This document shows, piece after piece, positions 1-9,776 of a DNA stretch of 60,004 nucleotides. Positions within the stretch are counted from its first letter, which is position 1; every line of letters starts with the position of its first letter. Position numbers and translations under genes: made by a program. The notes beneath the pieces were generated by a model, which ran no database searches, was not told the DNA's origin, and worked only from the letters and a program-made list of their open reading frames with translations. The stretch spans positions 1 through 60,004 of the forward strand of contig CAIPXZ010000765.1 in assembly GCA_903869075.1 (NCBI GenBank), read 5' to 3'. Origin of the DNA: an uncultured Myxococcales bacterium (GTDB lineage: Bacteria; Myxococcota_A; UBA9042).

Positions 1-478
1 CAAGAACTACGAGGCGTTCCACCTGTTCCGCGAGGTCTGCAAGTCGGCAGCGACAAACCGCCGGGTCTGCGATGGCGCGCTGGACGCTATCATTGCCGCC
101 AACCGCCCGGACGAGGCGCTGGCGTACGTCAATTCCCGCGGGCCGTTCATGCAAGCGGCGACCGACCAAGCGGCCATCTTTTGGTACAGCAAGGGCCGCA
201 TCGCCATGCAGTTGGGCCGTCAGGAAGACGCGCTGGAGGCTTTTCGCCGCGCCCACGGCTTCGCCCCGGACTTCCACGACGGCACGCTCGCGCTGGCCAA
301 CGCGTGCATGGAACTGGGCCTGCGCGACGAGGCGCGGTCGCTGGTGGACGAGGTGCTGGCCAAGCTGCCGAGCTCGCCGACGGCGCAGCAGATGTCCAAG
401 GAGCTGGACCGCGATGCGCACCACGCGATTGACGCCGGCCGGCCCGCGGCGCCGACGCCTTCGATCCTCGACCAGTAG
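1..478 (+). CDS. TPR-like repeat protein, C-terminal part (5' end outside window; first full codon at 2)
   Basis: The frame of ORF 149..478 is open back to the window edge (KNYEAFHLFREVCK...). It contains helical Ala/Leu-rich TPR-like pairs (AIFWYSKGRIAMQLGRQEDALEAFRRA; LALANACMELGLRDEARSLVDEVL). Confidence 0.6.
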   Translation, partial: KNYEAFHLFREVCKSAATNRRVCDGALDAIIAANRPDEALAYVNSRGPFMQAATDQAAIFWYSKGRIAMQLGRQEDALEAFRRAHGFAPDFHDGTLALANACMELGLRDEARSLVDEVLAKLPSSPTAQQMSKELDRDAHHAIDAGRPAAPTPSILDQ

Positions 479-532
479 CGCTTGACCGCGCGGCGCATGT
501 GCCACGCGTGACAGATTCGTGGCCTGAAGTCG

Positions 533-561
533 TTGACAGGTTCTGAAGTCGTCGCTAGGTT
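533..561 (+). promoter_or_regulatory. sigma70-like promoter candidate for etfBA (TTGACA-17 nt-TAGGTT)
   Basis: TTGACA at 533..538, a 17-nt spacer, then TAGGTT at 556..561, about 160 nt upstream of etfB in a 240-nt intergenic region. Confidence 0.35.
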
Positions 562-719
562 GCCGCGCGCTTGCCGCCTCCGGTTGCGGGGTCGACCAGC
601 GCTGTTGTCCACCCGATGTTTCGAGCGATCCAGCCGCGATTCTGACCCCGACCGCGTATCCGCACGTGAACGCGAGTCAGGCCACCCAGCCCCAGTCAGG
701 CACTACAGAGGAGTACCGC

Positions 720-1475
720 ATGAAGATCCTGGTCTCTGCCAAGCGCGTCAGCGACCCCAATGCCAAACTCGCCATCGCCAAAGATGGCAAGTGGATTGAG
801 GGTGACGTGGAGTACATTCTGAATCCGTTCTGCGAGAACGCCATCGAGGCGGCGCTGCAGATCGCGGAAGCCAATGACGGTACGGAGACCGTGGCCATCG
901 GCATCGGCGACGACGAGACTGCGCGGTTCATCCGCCAGGGCGCGTTGGCGCGCGGCATCGATCGCGGCATCCTGGTGAGCGCCGAGGAGGAGACCATTGA
1001 CTCCGACCTCATCGCGCGCATCTACGCCGGCGTCGTGCACCGCGAAAGCCCGGACATCGTGCTGCTGGGCAAGCAGGCGATTGACGGCGACTCCAACCAG
1101 GTCGGCCAACTGCTGGCGGAATACCTGGGCTGGCCGCAGGCGACGTTCGCTTCGAAGATCGAAGTGGCGGACGGCAAGGCCATCGTCACGCGTGAAGTCG
1201 ACGGCGGTCTGGAGACGCTGGAAGTGACGCTGCCCGCGGTCATCACCGCGGATCTGCGCCTGAACGAGCCGCGGTTCGCATCGCTGGCGGGCATCATGAA
1301 GGCCAAGAAGAAGCCGTTTGACGAGCTGGAGATCGACGATCTCGACCTCGACGACACCGGCACCAAGGTGCAGGTCGTGGGCTTGACCACGCCGTCGGGC
1401 CGCAAGGCTGGCGTCATCGTCAAGGACGTCGAAGAGCTGGTCCAGAAGCTGCGCTCGGAAGCGCGCGCCATCTAA
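720..1475 (+). CDS. etfB: electron transfer flavoprotein beta subunit
   Basis: 251-aa product starting MKILVSAKRVSDPNAKL with LGKQAIDGDSNQVGQ, the classic ETF-beta pattern. GAGGAG SD lies 6 nt upstream of ATG 720. The track start at 666 only adds 18 unconserved residues. Confidence 0.93.
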   Translation: MKILVSAKRVSDPNAKLAIAKDGKWIEGDVEYILNPFCENAIEAALQIAEANDGTETVAIGIGDDETARFIRQGALARGIDRGILVSAEEETIDSDLIARIYAGVVHRESPDIVLLGKQAIDGDSNQVGQLLAEYLGWPQATFASKIEVADGKAIVTREVDGGLETLEVTLPAVITADLRLNEPRFASLAGIMKAKKKPFDELEIDDLDLDDTGTKVQVVGLTTPSGRKAGVIVKDVEELVQKLRSEARAI

Positions 1476-1507
1476 GCAACACTCCAACGGAAATACGAGG
1501 CAAAATC

Positions 1508-2473
1508 ATGAGCAAAGTGCTGATTCTGGCCGAACACGACAAGGGCGCGCTCAAGAAAGTGACGCTCAACACGTTGGCCTTTGCGCGGCAGTACGTCGCG
1601 AAATTTGGTGGCAGCTACGACTTCGCAGTGCTCGGCCACAACGTCGGCGCGGTGGCGACGGCGCTGCAGGGCTTTGGCGCGGGCGCGGTGCACGTCGCGG
1701 ATCATGCGGACCTGGCGCATCCGATCGCTTCGGCGTGGGGCAAGGTGCTGGCGGATCTGGCCAAGTCGATCGGCGCCGACGTCGTCGTCGGTCCGGCTTC
1801 GACCACCGGCAAGGACGTGCTGCCGCGGACGGCGGTGCGGCTGGGTGCGGGCATGGCCAGCGACATCATCGCGCTGACCGACTCGGGCGCGTTCGCGCGG
1901 CCGATGTGGGCGGGCAACCTGACCGGCAACGTCAAGATCTCGACGGCCAACAAGGTCATTTCCGTGCGCGCCTCGGCGTTTGACGCCGCGGAAGCGACTG
2001 GCGGCAGCAGCCCCATCCAAGCCGTCGCCGCCGATCCGGCGCTGGCGGGCTCGCGCGTCAAGTTCGTGTCGTTCGACGGCGTGCAGTCGTCCCGTCCGGA
2101 CCTGGCGGAAGCGGCGATCATCGTCGCCGGCGGCCGTGGCCTCAAGGATCGCTTCGGTGCGGTGACGGAGCCGCTGGCGGACGTGCTCGGTGCGGCGATT
2201 GGCGCCTCGCGCGCGGCGGTGGACGACGGCTTCGCGCCGAACGACTACCAGATCGGCCAGACGGGCAAGGTCGTGGCGCCGCAGCTGTACTTCGCGATCG
2301 CGATCTCCGGCGCGGTGCAGCACCTGGCGGGCATGAAGAACTCGAAGGTCATCGTGGCGATCAACAAGAACGCCGACGAGCCGATCTTCAAGGTCGCGGA
2401 CTACGGTCTTGTCGCCGATGCGTTCGTCGCGGTGCCGGAGCTGACGGCGCAGATCAAGGCGCTGCGCGGCTGA
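1508..2473 (+). CDS. etfA: electron transfer flavoprotein alpha subunit
   Basis: 321 aa starting [18 protein letters not shown]-terminal FAD-binding signature [31 protein letters not shown]. Sits 32 nt downstream of etfB. Confidence 0.95.
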   Translation: MSKVLILAEHDKGALKKVTLNTLAFARQYVAKFGGSYDFAVLGHNVGAVATALQGFGAGAVHVADHADLAHPIASAWGKVLADLAKSIGADVVVGPASTTGKDVLPRTAVRLGAGMASDIIALTDSGAFARPMWAGNLTGNVKISTANKVISVRASAFDAAEATGGSSPIQAVAADPALAGSRVKFVSFDGVQSSRPDLAEAAIIVAGGRGLKDRFGAVTEPLADVLGAAIGASRAAVDDGFAPNDYQIGQTGKVVAPQLYFAIAISGAVQHLAGMKNSKVIVAINKNADEPIFKVADYGLVADAFVAVPELTAQIKALRG

Positions 2474-2499
2474 TCGCCGGCTGAGCTTGGGATGTCGAT

Positions 2500-2534
2500 G
2501 CAACGGCGGGCTCCGGCTCGCCGTTGCGCGTTTT
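2500..2534 (+). terminator. rho-independent terminator candidate after etfA
   Basis: 9-bp stem GCAACGGCG / CGCCGTTGC (2500..2508 and 2519..2527) with a 10-nt loop, followed by CGCGTTTT. Confidence 0.45.
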
Positions 2535-2561
2535 GCCGGCCGCGGCCAACTGTGTGACACT
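2533..2561 (+). promoter_or_regulatory. promoter candidate for mnmE (TTGCCG-17 nt-GACACT)
   Basis: TTGCCG at 2533..2538, a 17-nt spacer, then GACACT at 2556..2561. Same TTGCnn-N17-nACACT layout as five other sites in the window. Confidence 0.3.
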
Positions 2562-2652
2562 TTTGGCGGTGCCGCGGCAAAATTCGCCGGGACGCGATAA
2601 TTCGACACGCCCTCCCGACACAGGGTGGGCTGCCCCTTTCCCCGGAACTGGC

Positions 2653-3984
2653 ATGGACACCATCGTCGCCCTGGCCACCGCGCCCGTGCCTGCCGGCCTC
2701 GCCGTGGTGCGGCTGTCCGGTCCGCGCGCGCACGCGATCGCCTGCACGCTCGCGGGGTTGCCGGCGCTGGCGCACGCGCGGATGCGGCTTGTCGCCCTGC
2801 GCGACGGCGCGGAGCTCATCGACCGCGGCTACGTCGTCGCTTTCCACGCGCCGCGGTCGTTCACGGGCGAGGACGTCGCCGAGCTGCAGGTCCACGGCTC
2901 GTTGGCGGTGACGGATCGGCTGATTGCCGTGTGCGTCGACCTGGGCGCCCGCACGGCGCGACCCGGCGAGTTCAGCCAGCGCGCGTATGAGCACGGCAAG
3001 CTCGATTTGCTGCAGGCGGAGGCGCTGGCGGACCTGATCGGCGCGCGGGCGGAGTCGGCGCGGCAAGCGGCGCTGCAGGCGCTGGACGGCGTGCTGTCGC
3101 AGGCGCTGGCGGCGGTGCGGCTGCCGCTGCTGCACGCGCTGGCGGACATCGAGGCGCGCATCGATTTTGCCGCCGAGCCACATCTGGCCGAGGTGGATCG
3201 CCCGGCGCTGACCCAACGGCTGGTGGCGCTGGCGGCGCAGCTGCAGCTGCTGCTGACGACGACGACCGCCGGGCGGATCCGCCTGCACGGCGCGCGGGTA
3301 GTGCTGTACGGCGCGCCGAATGCGGGAAAATCAACGCTTTTCAATGCCTTGTGTGGCGCCGATCGCGCGCTCGTGGACGCCCGGCCGGGCACGACGCGCG
3401 ACACGGTGGAGCTGCAGACGGCGCCGGACGGTGTGCTCGTCACCTGGATTGACACCGCCGGGCTGCGCGATGCCGTCGATCCGGTGGAGCAAGCCGGCCG
3501 CGCCCGCGCCGAGGCCGAAGCACAGCACGCGGATGTGGTGCTGTGGCTGGAAGACCGCGCGCAGCCGTTCTCCGGCCTGCCGCCGCCGCCCGCCGCGACG
3601 GTGCTGCGGGTGCTGAACAAGACCGACCTGCCGGCGCATCCGGACTGGCAGCAGCGGCCAGAGTGGCAGGCGGCGCTGGCGCTGAGTGCCCAGCATGATC
3701 AAGGCGTTGCGGCGCTGCGTGCGGCGGTGGTGGCGGCGGTGCGGCAGTCGGCGGCGGGGACGCTGGGCCATGTGGTGCTGAGCCGGCAGCGGCATGCTGC
3801 CGCGGTGCAAGTGGCAGTGGCGGCGCTGGAGCGCGCCAACCACGCGGTTCAACATGGTTTTCCGCTGGAGCTACTGGCCGCCGACCTGCGCGATGCGGCG
3901 CTGGCGCTCGATGAGCTGACCGGCGCGATTGTCCCGGACGACGTGCTGGACGCGGTGTTTTCGCAGTTCTGCATTGGCAAATAG
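2653..3984 (+). CDS. mnmE: tRNA uridine-5-carboxymethylaminomethyl(34) synthesis GTPase MnmE
   Basis: 443 aa from MDTIVALATAP. G-domain motifs GAPNAGKSTLFNAL, DTAGLR and NKTDL. Diagnostic C-terminus FCIGK. Confidence 0.93.
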   Translation: MDTIVALATAPVPAGLAVVRLSGPRAHAIACTLAGLPALAHARMRLVALRDGAELIDRGYVVAFHAPRSFTGEDVAELQVHGSLAVTDRLIAVCVDLGARTARPGEFSQRAYEHGKLDLLQAEALADLIGARAESARQAALQALDGVLSQALAAVRLPLLHALADIEARIDFAAEPHLAEVDRPALTQRLVALAAQLQLLLTTTTAGRIRLHGARVVLYGAPNAGKSTLFNALCGADRALVDARPGTTRDTVELQTAPDGVLVTWIDTAGLRDAVDPVEQAGRARAEAEAQHADVVLWLEDRAQPFSGLPPPPAATVLRVLNKTDLPAHPDWQQRPEWQAALALSAQHDQGVAALRAAVVAAVRQSAAGTLGHVVLSRQRHAAAVQVAVAALERANHAVQHGFPLELLAADLRDAALALDELTGAIVPDDVLDAVFSQFCIGK

Positions 3985-4051
3985 CCGCGAAACGTGAAAG
4001 CCGCGGCGATGGCGCTATACTGGCAGCGGGTCCACTGGCCCGGGGGCGTGC

Positions 4052-4483
4052 ATGACAATCCACAGCGACTGGGTTACGGCGTGCTCCACGGCGCTCGTTG
4101 ACCGCCTGACCAACCGCGTCTCGCTCATCCATGTGCTTGAGCACGTCCAGGTGCCGCGGCTGCCGTCGGTGGTGCCGGCGTTTCACATCGTGGCGCTGTG
4201 GCACAACACAGTGGACATGGCGGTGGATGGCCGGCTGCGCATCGAGGTCGAAGAGCAGAGCGGTGAGTCGTCGTCCGTGCTTTCCGAGGAGACGATCACG
4301 TTCGCCGGGCGCATCAGCCACCGCACGATCTGCATCGTCCACGCGATGACCGTGCTGCGGCCTGGCGCGTACCGCATCGTCGCGCGGCTGCAAGTGCCGG
4401 GTGCCGACGGCTGGATCGAGGGCGCGTCGCACCCGTTTCAGGTGCAAGTGGCGCAGGCGCCGCACGAATCGGCGCAGGCGTGA
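4052..4483 (+). CDS. hypothetical protein (143 aa), translationally coupled to the downstream lipoprotein
   Basis: Codon bias matches neighbours and no motif is recognised. Its TGA stop overlaps the GTG start of the next gene (GTGA at 4480..4483). Confidence 0.6.
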   Translation: MTIHSDWVTACSTALVDRLTNRVSLIHVLEHVQVPRLPSVVPAFHIVALWHNTVDMAVDGRLRIEVEEQSGESSSVLSEETITFAGRISHRTICIVHAMTVLRPGAYRIVARLQVPGADGWIEGASHPFQVQVAQAPHESAQA

Positions 4484-7400
4484 AACCAGGTGCCGTGCGG
4501 TGGGCGCTGATCGCGGCGTGGCTGGCAGCGCTGGCCGGCTGTGGTGATGGCGCGGTGGACGCTGGCGATGACGCGGCGGCAGACAGCGCACCGGCCGAAA
4601 TAGATGCAGCCGGTGCCGCCGACACGGCCGACGCCGCCAGCGACGCCACGCCAGCGGCGGACGTCGTCGCCGTGCCGGACGTCCTTGCCGACACGCCCGA
4701 TGCCGACGACGCCGCAGACGCGCCCGCCGACACAACGGCGGATGCAGTGGCGGACGCCGCCGACGCGCCGGATTTGCAAGACGCGCCAGATGTTCCTGAC
4801 GCGCCCGACGCCGCACCGGACGCTGCGCCAGACGTTGCCCCAGACGCCGCGCCCGATGCCACCGTCGACGCGCTGGACCCGACGTGTCCGTACTACCCGC
4901 AGAGCATTTGCCTGCACTGGGGCGTCTGCAAGGGCGCGAATATCAAAGTGTATTGTATCGACGGCGAGCCCAACTGCGACTACAGCCAGGTCGCCGGCTA
5001 CGAGCCGGTCGAGAAGTCCTGCGACGGCCTGGACAACGACTGCAACAACCTCGTGGACGACGACCTGAAGCTGCCGCCCGCGTCCAAGCAAGCCGGCATC
5101 TGCGCGGGGCAGCTGCAGAGCTGTGGCGGCAAAAACGGCTGGCAGGATCCCAACTTTTTGGCCCTGCCGCTGTACGAAACCGTCGAGACGGCGTGCGACG
5201 GCGTGGACAACGACTGCGACGGGGCGATCGATATTTTCAGCCAACCCAATAAACTAAAAGGGCTTTTTGGCGTCTGCGCCGACGCCGAGTATGTGTGCGA
5301 CGGCGCGCTGGGCTGGGAGGTCCCGCCGTGGAACACGCTGCCGTTTTGGGAGCCGGTCGAGACCATGTGCGACGGCCTGGACAACGACTGCGACGGCCTG
5401 ACCGACGAGGGCATGGACGTCGCGAATTTCCTCGGCTCCGGCGTCACCGTCAACAGCGCCGGCGTCTGCGCCGACGCGCTGATCCGCTGCCTGCAAGGCG
5501 TCTGGAGCCCGCCGGATTACACAGCGCAGCCGGGCTGGGAATCGCCCGAGGTCAGCTGCGACGGCCTGGACAACGACTGCAACGGCGTCACCGACGACGT
5601 GCCCGCGGCGTTGGCGTCCAAGCAAGCCGGCGTCTGCGCGGGGCAACTGCTCGTCTGCAACGGCACAATCGGCTGGCAGGACCCCGACTGGTCGCAGCTG
5701 CCCGGTTACGCCACCGACAGCGAATGGCAGTGCGACGGCCTGGACAACGACTGTGACGGCTTGACCGACGAGGACGCCGCCTGCCCGCTTTGGCAAGCCG
5801 GCGGCCACGGCAGCGGCCAGGTAGCGCTGAGCGCGGACGGCCAGCTGCTGGCATGGACAACCGAACAGGGCGCGCAAGTGCTCGACTGGCAAAGCAAAAC
5901 TGTGGTGCGCGACTGGTTTGGCCACGACCACGCGGTCACCAGCCTCGCGTTCGCGCCCGACGGCAAGCAGCTGGCGACGACAGGCCAGCTGGACGTGCTG
6001 CAGGTCTGGGCGCTGGCGCTGCCGGCGGATCCGAGCGCGGTGGCGGTGCCCGTGCTGAAGGTGGGCGGCCTGGGCACGACGTTCGCGGCGGTGGCGTTCT
6101 CGCCCGACGGCGGCCAGCTGGCGGTGGGCGACGCGACGGGGGCTGTGCGCATCTACGCGCTGTGGAGCGGGCTGCAGGTCGCGGCGCTGATCGCCCACAA
6201 ATCGGAAGTGACGGCGCTGGCTTGGCTGCCGGGTCCGCAGGGCCAGAACGGTCCGCTGCTGAGCGGCGACAGCGGCGGCGTGGTGTGGCGCTGGCAGCCG
6301 GCGGCCAAGACCGGCCAGCAAATGGCGCTGATGACGGGTGGCGTGCGGGCGATCGCCGCGCTGCCCGGCTCGACGCAGACGCTGCTTGTGGCGGACGGCC
6401 AAGCGGTCGTGCTGGACGGCGCCGATGGCACGCCGCTGGCGCAGCTGGTGGGCGGCAAGGCGGCGTGGACCGGTGGCGCGCTGCGGCCGGAAGGCGGCGG
6501 CGAGGCGGTGGTGGTGGAGCAGACCGGCGCGGTGCGGCGCTACAGCCTGCCGCCGCCGAGCGCGCTGGTGCCCGACGTGACGCCGGTGCAGTCGGTGGCG
6601 CCGCCGCCCGAGGTCGCGGGCGACGTGGCGGCGAGTCTGGGTGCGCGCGGCGGGCATGTGGCGGTCGGCTTCGCGGCGCAGGGTCCCTGGCAGCTGGATC
6701 TGGCGACGGCGACGTGGACGCGCGCGGTAGTGCGGCATGACGGCGCGGTGCGCGACGCAGCGGTGACCGGCGGGCTGCTGCTGAGCGGCGGCGACGACAG
6801 CGCGATTCGCCTGTGGCGCCTGCAGGACGCGCTGCCGCTGACGGCGCTGTGGGGCCATACCGGCGCGGTGCTGGCGGTGCAGCCGCTGACGCAGCTGCCG
6901 GGTGCGGCGCCAGGCAGCGATCTGGTGACGCTGCTGGGTGCGGGCCTGGGCCTCGCCTCGGGCAGTGACGACTTTACCGTGCGGCTGTGGACGCTGACGC
7001 CGACCCCGGGCGGTGCCGGCGTGCTGACGCCGAAGATCTTTGGCTTGGGCGGGCCGTGGCCGCAGGATTTGGCGCTGACGGCGGATGTCGCGGGGATCTG
7101 GGCCGCCGGCGGGCCGACGCTGAGCAAATTCTCCACGGATCCCGAGACGTTGGGTAAGAAGCTCAACGCCTACCCGACCAAGCTTGGCAACGTGATCGAG
7201 CGCGTGGTGCCGAGCCCGGACGGCAAGCTGCTGGCGCTGGGCATGACGGGCGACGGCGCTGCCAGCTTGGTGCACTACCGGATCCTCAACGCCAAGACCT
7301 TCGCCGTGGTGCGCGAGTGGAGCGACCTGCCGGTGCCCACGCACGCGCTCGCGTGGTCGCCCGACAGCGCGCGCGTGGCGCTGTCGAGCCCGGACGGCAC

Positions 7401-7716
7401 CATCACGGTGGCCGACGTCGCAACCGGCGCGCTGCTGCAGACTTTGGCCGGCCACACCGCCGCGATCACCGCGCTGGCGTGGGCGCCGACGAGCCGGCTG
7501 TTGTCGACCTCCGCCGACGGCACTGCGCGCGTGTGGTCCGGCGGCGCCGGCCTGCCCAGCTTGCCGCTCGCCACGTTCAGCCGTCATTGCCCGGCGCCGT
7601 GTAGCGCGCAAATCGCCGTCCTCGGCGGCTTGTGGCAGGATGCCGCGGGCCTGCGCGTCGTCACCTGGGCGAGTGACGGCAGCCTGTTTGCGTGGAAAGC
7701 GCCGCTAGGCCCTTGA
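4480..7716 (+). CDS. lipoprotein with acidic tether, five MopE-like CDGxDNDC Cys motifs and a C-terminal WD40-type beta-propeller region
   Basis: 1078 aa. Signal peptide and lipobox LAALAG|C, then a roughly 110-aa Asp/Ala/Pro tether. C[D]G[LV]DNDC[DN] motifs at aa 181, 239, 297, 360 and 418. WD40-like repeats follow (GHDHAVTSLAFAPDGKQLAT; SGSDDFTVRLW; GHTAAITALAWAP...STSADGTARVW). Confidence 0.85.
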   Translation: MKPGAVRWALIAAWLAALAGCGDGAVDAGDDAAADSAPAEIDAAGAADTADAASDATPAADVVAVPDVLADTPDADDAADAPADTTADAVADAADAPDLQDAPDVPDAPDAAPDAAPDVAPDAAPDATVDALDPTCPYYPQSICLHWGVCKGANIKVYCIDGEPNCDYSQVAGYEPVEKSCDGLDNDCNNLVDDDLKLPPASKQAGICAGQLQSCGGKNGWQDPNFLALPLYETVETACDGVDNDCDGAIDIFSQPNKLKGLFGVCADAEYVCDGALGWEVPPWNTLPFWEPVETMCDGLDNDCDGLTDEGMDVANFLGSGVTVNSAGVCADALIRCLQGVWSPPDYTAQPGWESPEVSCDGLDNDCNGVTDDVPAALASKQAGVCAGQLLVCNGTIGWQDPDWSQLPGYATDSEWQCDGLDNDCDGLTDEDAACPLWQAGGHGSGQVALSADGQLLAWTTEQGAQVLDWQSKTVVRDWFGHDHAVTSLAFAPDGKQLATTGQLDVLQVWALALPADPSAVAVPVLKVGGLGTTFAAVAFSPDGGQLAVGDATGAVRIYALWSGLQVAALIAHKSEVTALAWLPGPQGQNGPLLSGDSGGVVWRWQPAAKTGQQMALMTGGVRAIAALPGSTQTLLVADGQAVVLDGADGTPLAQLVGGKAAWTGGALRPEGGGEAVVVEQTGAVRRYSLPPPSALVPDVTPVQSVAPPPEVAGDVAASLGARGGHVAVGFAAQGPWQLDLATATWTRAVVRHDGAVRDAAVTGGLLLSGGDDSAIRLWRLQDALPLTALWGHTGAVLAVQPLTQLPGAAPGSDLVTLLGAGLGLASGSDDFTVRLWTLTPTPGGAGVLTPKIFGLGGPWPQDLALTADVAGIWAAGGPTLSKFSTDPETLGKKLNAYPTKLGNVIERVVPSPDGKLLALGMTGDGAASLVHYRILNAKTFAVVREWSDLPVPTHALAWSPDSARVALSSPDGTITVADVATGALLQTLAGHTAAITALAWAPTSRLLSTSADGTARVWSGGAGLPSLPLATFSRHCPAPCSAQIAVLGGLWQDAAGLRVVTWASDGSLFAWKAPLGP
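4885..5784 (+). repeat. five roughly 60-aa Cys-rich modules each ending in CDGxDNDC(D/N)
   Basis: Protein-level periodicity of about 58-63 aa. Recurring ...KQAG(I/V)CAGQL..C.G..GWQDP... plus the CDGLDNDC core. Confidence 0.7.
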
Positions 7717-7760
7717 AGCTCTGGCTCGCGAGTTGCACACTCCGCTGCGTGAGGTTTGCC

Positions 7761-8444
7761 ATGAAGCGTCTTTTGCCCTTGTTGTTTGTCCTGCCGCTTG
7801 GCTTGGCGTGTGCGCCGCACGTGCGCGCGCCGGCGCCGCTTTCCGACATCAACTCCGCCCACGAGCTGGACGCGCCGGACCGCGACACATGGCAGTTGCC
7901 GCACGCGATCGTCCAGGCGCTGGAGATCAAGCCGGGGATGAAGGTCGTCGATCTCGGCGCCGGCACGGGCTACATGCTGCCGTTCCTGTCCGAGGCCTCG
8001 GGCGCCGACGGCAAGGTCTACGCCGTTGAAATTCAGAAAGATTTCGCGACGATGCTGCGCTATCGCAGCCACCACGAGCAGCTGGCGAACGTCGAGGTCA
8101 TCGAAGACTCGGCGACAGCGCTCAACCTGCCGGAAAAAGTCGACCGCGTGCTGCTGCTGAACACGTACCGCCAGCTGGAGCAGCCGGTGGCGATGCTCAA
8201 GGCGATCCGCGCGGCGCTCAAGCCGGGCGGGCTGATCGTAATCGTCGACGTGCGGCCGGACCCGCACGTGGAGGGCCCGCCGCCGGAGCAGCGCGTGCAC
8301 CCGGACACCGTGGAAGCGGAGGCGCGCGGCGCGGGCCTGGCGGTCATCGCCGACTCGACGCACCTGCCGCGCGATTACCTGCTGGTGCTGGCCGACGAGG
8401 AAGAGGCCGCCAAGCTGCCGCCGGTGACGCCGGCAAAGCCGTAA
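7761..8444 (+). CDS. class I SAM-dependent methyltransferase with N-terminal signal/lipobox-like sequence
   Basis: 227 aa from MKRLLPLLFVLPLGLAC. SAM motif I VVDLGAGTGYM with VYAVEI after it. The track start at 7692 overlaps the upstream gene. Confidence 0.8.
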   Translation: MKRLLPLLFVLPLGLACAPHVRAPAPLSDINSAHELDAPDRDTWQLPHAIVQALEIKPGMKVVDLGAGTGYMLPFLSEASGADGKVYAVEIQKDFATMLRYRSHHEQLANVEVIEDSATALNLPEKVDRVLLLNTYRQLEQPVAMLKAIRAALKPGGLIVIVDVRPDPHVEGPPPEQRVHPDTVEAEARGAGLAVIADSTHLPRDYLLVLADEEEAAKLPPVTPAKP

Positions 8445-8454
8445 GGTCGGATTC

Positions 8455-9096
8455 ATGCGCACATTTTGGCTGATCATCGCCACGACCTGCTTGGGCGCCT
8501 GCGGCGGCACTACCGCCAGCAGCAGCGGCACGGACGCGGTGATCACGGACAGCGGCAGCGACGCACTGGTGGACGCCAGCGCCGACGCCACGGCCACGGA
8601 CGCCAGCGCCGGCAGCGACGCGGTGAGCAACGACGCGGACAGCAGCGACGGCGCAGGCTCGCCGTGGACCGGCAAGCTGTTCCTCAATGAAATCCAAGCC
8701 GGCGGCAGCAAGAAGCCGATCGTCGCCACCGACGCCGACTGGATCGAGCTGTACAACGCCAGCAGCCAGGCGATCGACCTGAGCGGCTGCAAGGTCGGCG
8801 GCATCACCAACGGCATCGGCGGCGCCAGCGCGCTGCCCAGCGGCACGCAGGTCAGCGCCAGCGGCTTTCTCGTCGTCTATTTCAACCACGCCAGCCTCGG
8901 CACGCCGGTGATCGACGCCGGCATCAAAAGCGACGGCAGCATGGCCATTTGGGACGCCAACGGCCTGCAGATCGACGCCGTCGACTGGAACGAGGGCGAC
9001 AGCCCCGCCGGCTCCACCTACGACCGCACGCCCGACGGCGCCGCCACGTGGAAGACCGTCAGCCCGCCGACGCCCGGCGCGGCCAACAGCAAATAG
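8455..9096 (+). CDS. lamin-tail-domain (LTD) lipoprotein
   Basis: 213 aa with lipobox CLGAC|GG and a Ser/Asp-rich tether. LTD-like pattern LFLNEIQAGG...DWIELYNASSQAIDLSGCKV...GFLVVYF. Confidence 0.75.
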   Translation: MRTFWLIIATTCLGACGGTTASSSGTDAVITDSGSDALVDASADATATDASAGSDAVSNDADSSDGAGSPWTGKLFLNEIQAGGSKKPIVATDADWIELYNASSQAIDLSGCKVGGITNGIGGASALPSGTQVSASGFLVVYFNHASLGTPVIDAGIKSDGSMAIWDANGLQIDAVDWNEGDSPAGSTYDRTPDGAATWKTVSPPTPGAANSK

Positions 9097-9104
9097 GCCC
9101 GCCC

Positions 9105-9770
9105 ATGCACCCGATTCTCATCGCGCCATCGATTCTGTCTGCGGATTTTGCGCACCTGGCCGATGAAGCGGCGTCGGTGGCGGCGGGCGGCGCGGACCTG
9201 CTGCACGTGGACGTGATGGACGGACACTTTGTCCCGAACCTGACGATCGGCGCGCCGGTAGCGCATTGGCTGAAGAAAAACACGACCTTGCCGCTCGATT
9301 GCCACCTGATGGTCGAGAACCCGGACCTGCTGCTGGCGGATTTTGCCAAGGCGGGCACGACCTGGCTGTCCGTCCACGTCGAGGCGTGCCGGCACCTGCA
9401 CCGCACCGTGCAGAACATCCGCGCGCTGGGCATGAAGCCGGGCGTGGCGCTGAACCCGCACACGCCGTTTTCAGCGATCGAGCCGATCCTGCCCGACGTC
9501 GACTTTGTGCTGGTGATGAGCGTCAATCCGGGCTTTGGCGGCCAGAGCTTCATTGGCAGCGTGCTGGACAAGGTGCGGCACATCGACGCCTGGCGCAAAG
9601 CCCACAAGCCGAGTCTTTTCATCGAGATCGACGGCGGCATCCACGCCGGCACCATCGCCGCAGCGCGCCATGCCGGCGTCGACTGGTTCGTCGCCGGCTC
9701 CGCGGTGTTTGGCGAGACCGACCGCGCGGCGGCGATCGCCAAGCTGCGCAGCGCAGCGCTCATCGGCTAG
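9105..9770 (+). CDS. rpe: ribulose-phosphate 3-epimerase
   Basis: 221 aa from MHPILIAPSILSADFAHL...LHVDVMDGHFVPNLTIG. ATG 9105 lies 8 nt after the upstream stop. The track start at 8949 overlaps the LTD gene. Confidence 0.95.
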   Translation: MHPILIAPSILSADFAHLADEAASVAAGGADLLHVDVMDGHFVPNLTIGAPVAHWLKKNTTLPLDCHLMVENPDLLLADFAKAGTTWLSVHVEACRHLHRTVQNIRALGMKPGVALNPHTPFSAIEPILPDVDFVLVMSVNPGFGGQSFIGSVLDKVRHIDAWRKAHKPSLFIEIDGGIHAGTIAAARHAGVDWFVAGSAVFGETDRAAAIAKLRSAALIG

Positions 9771-9776
9771 CACCGG

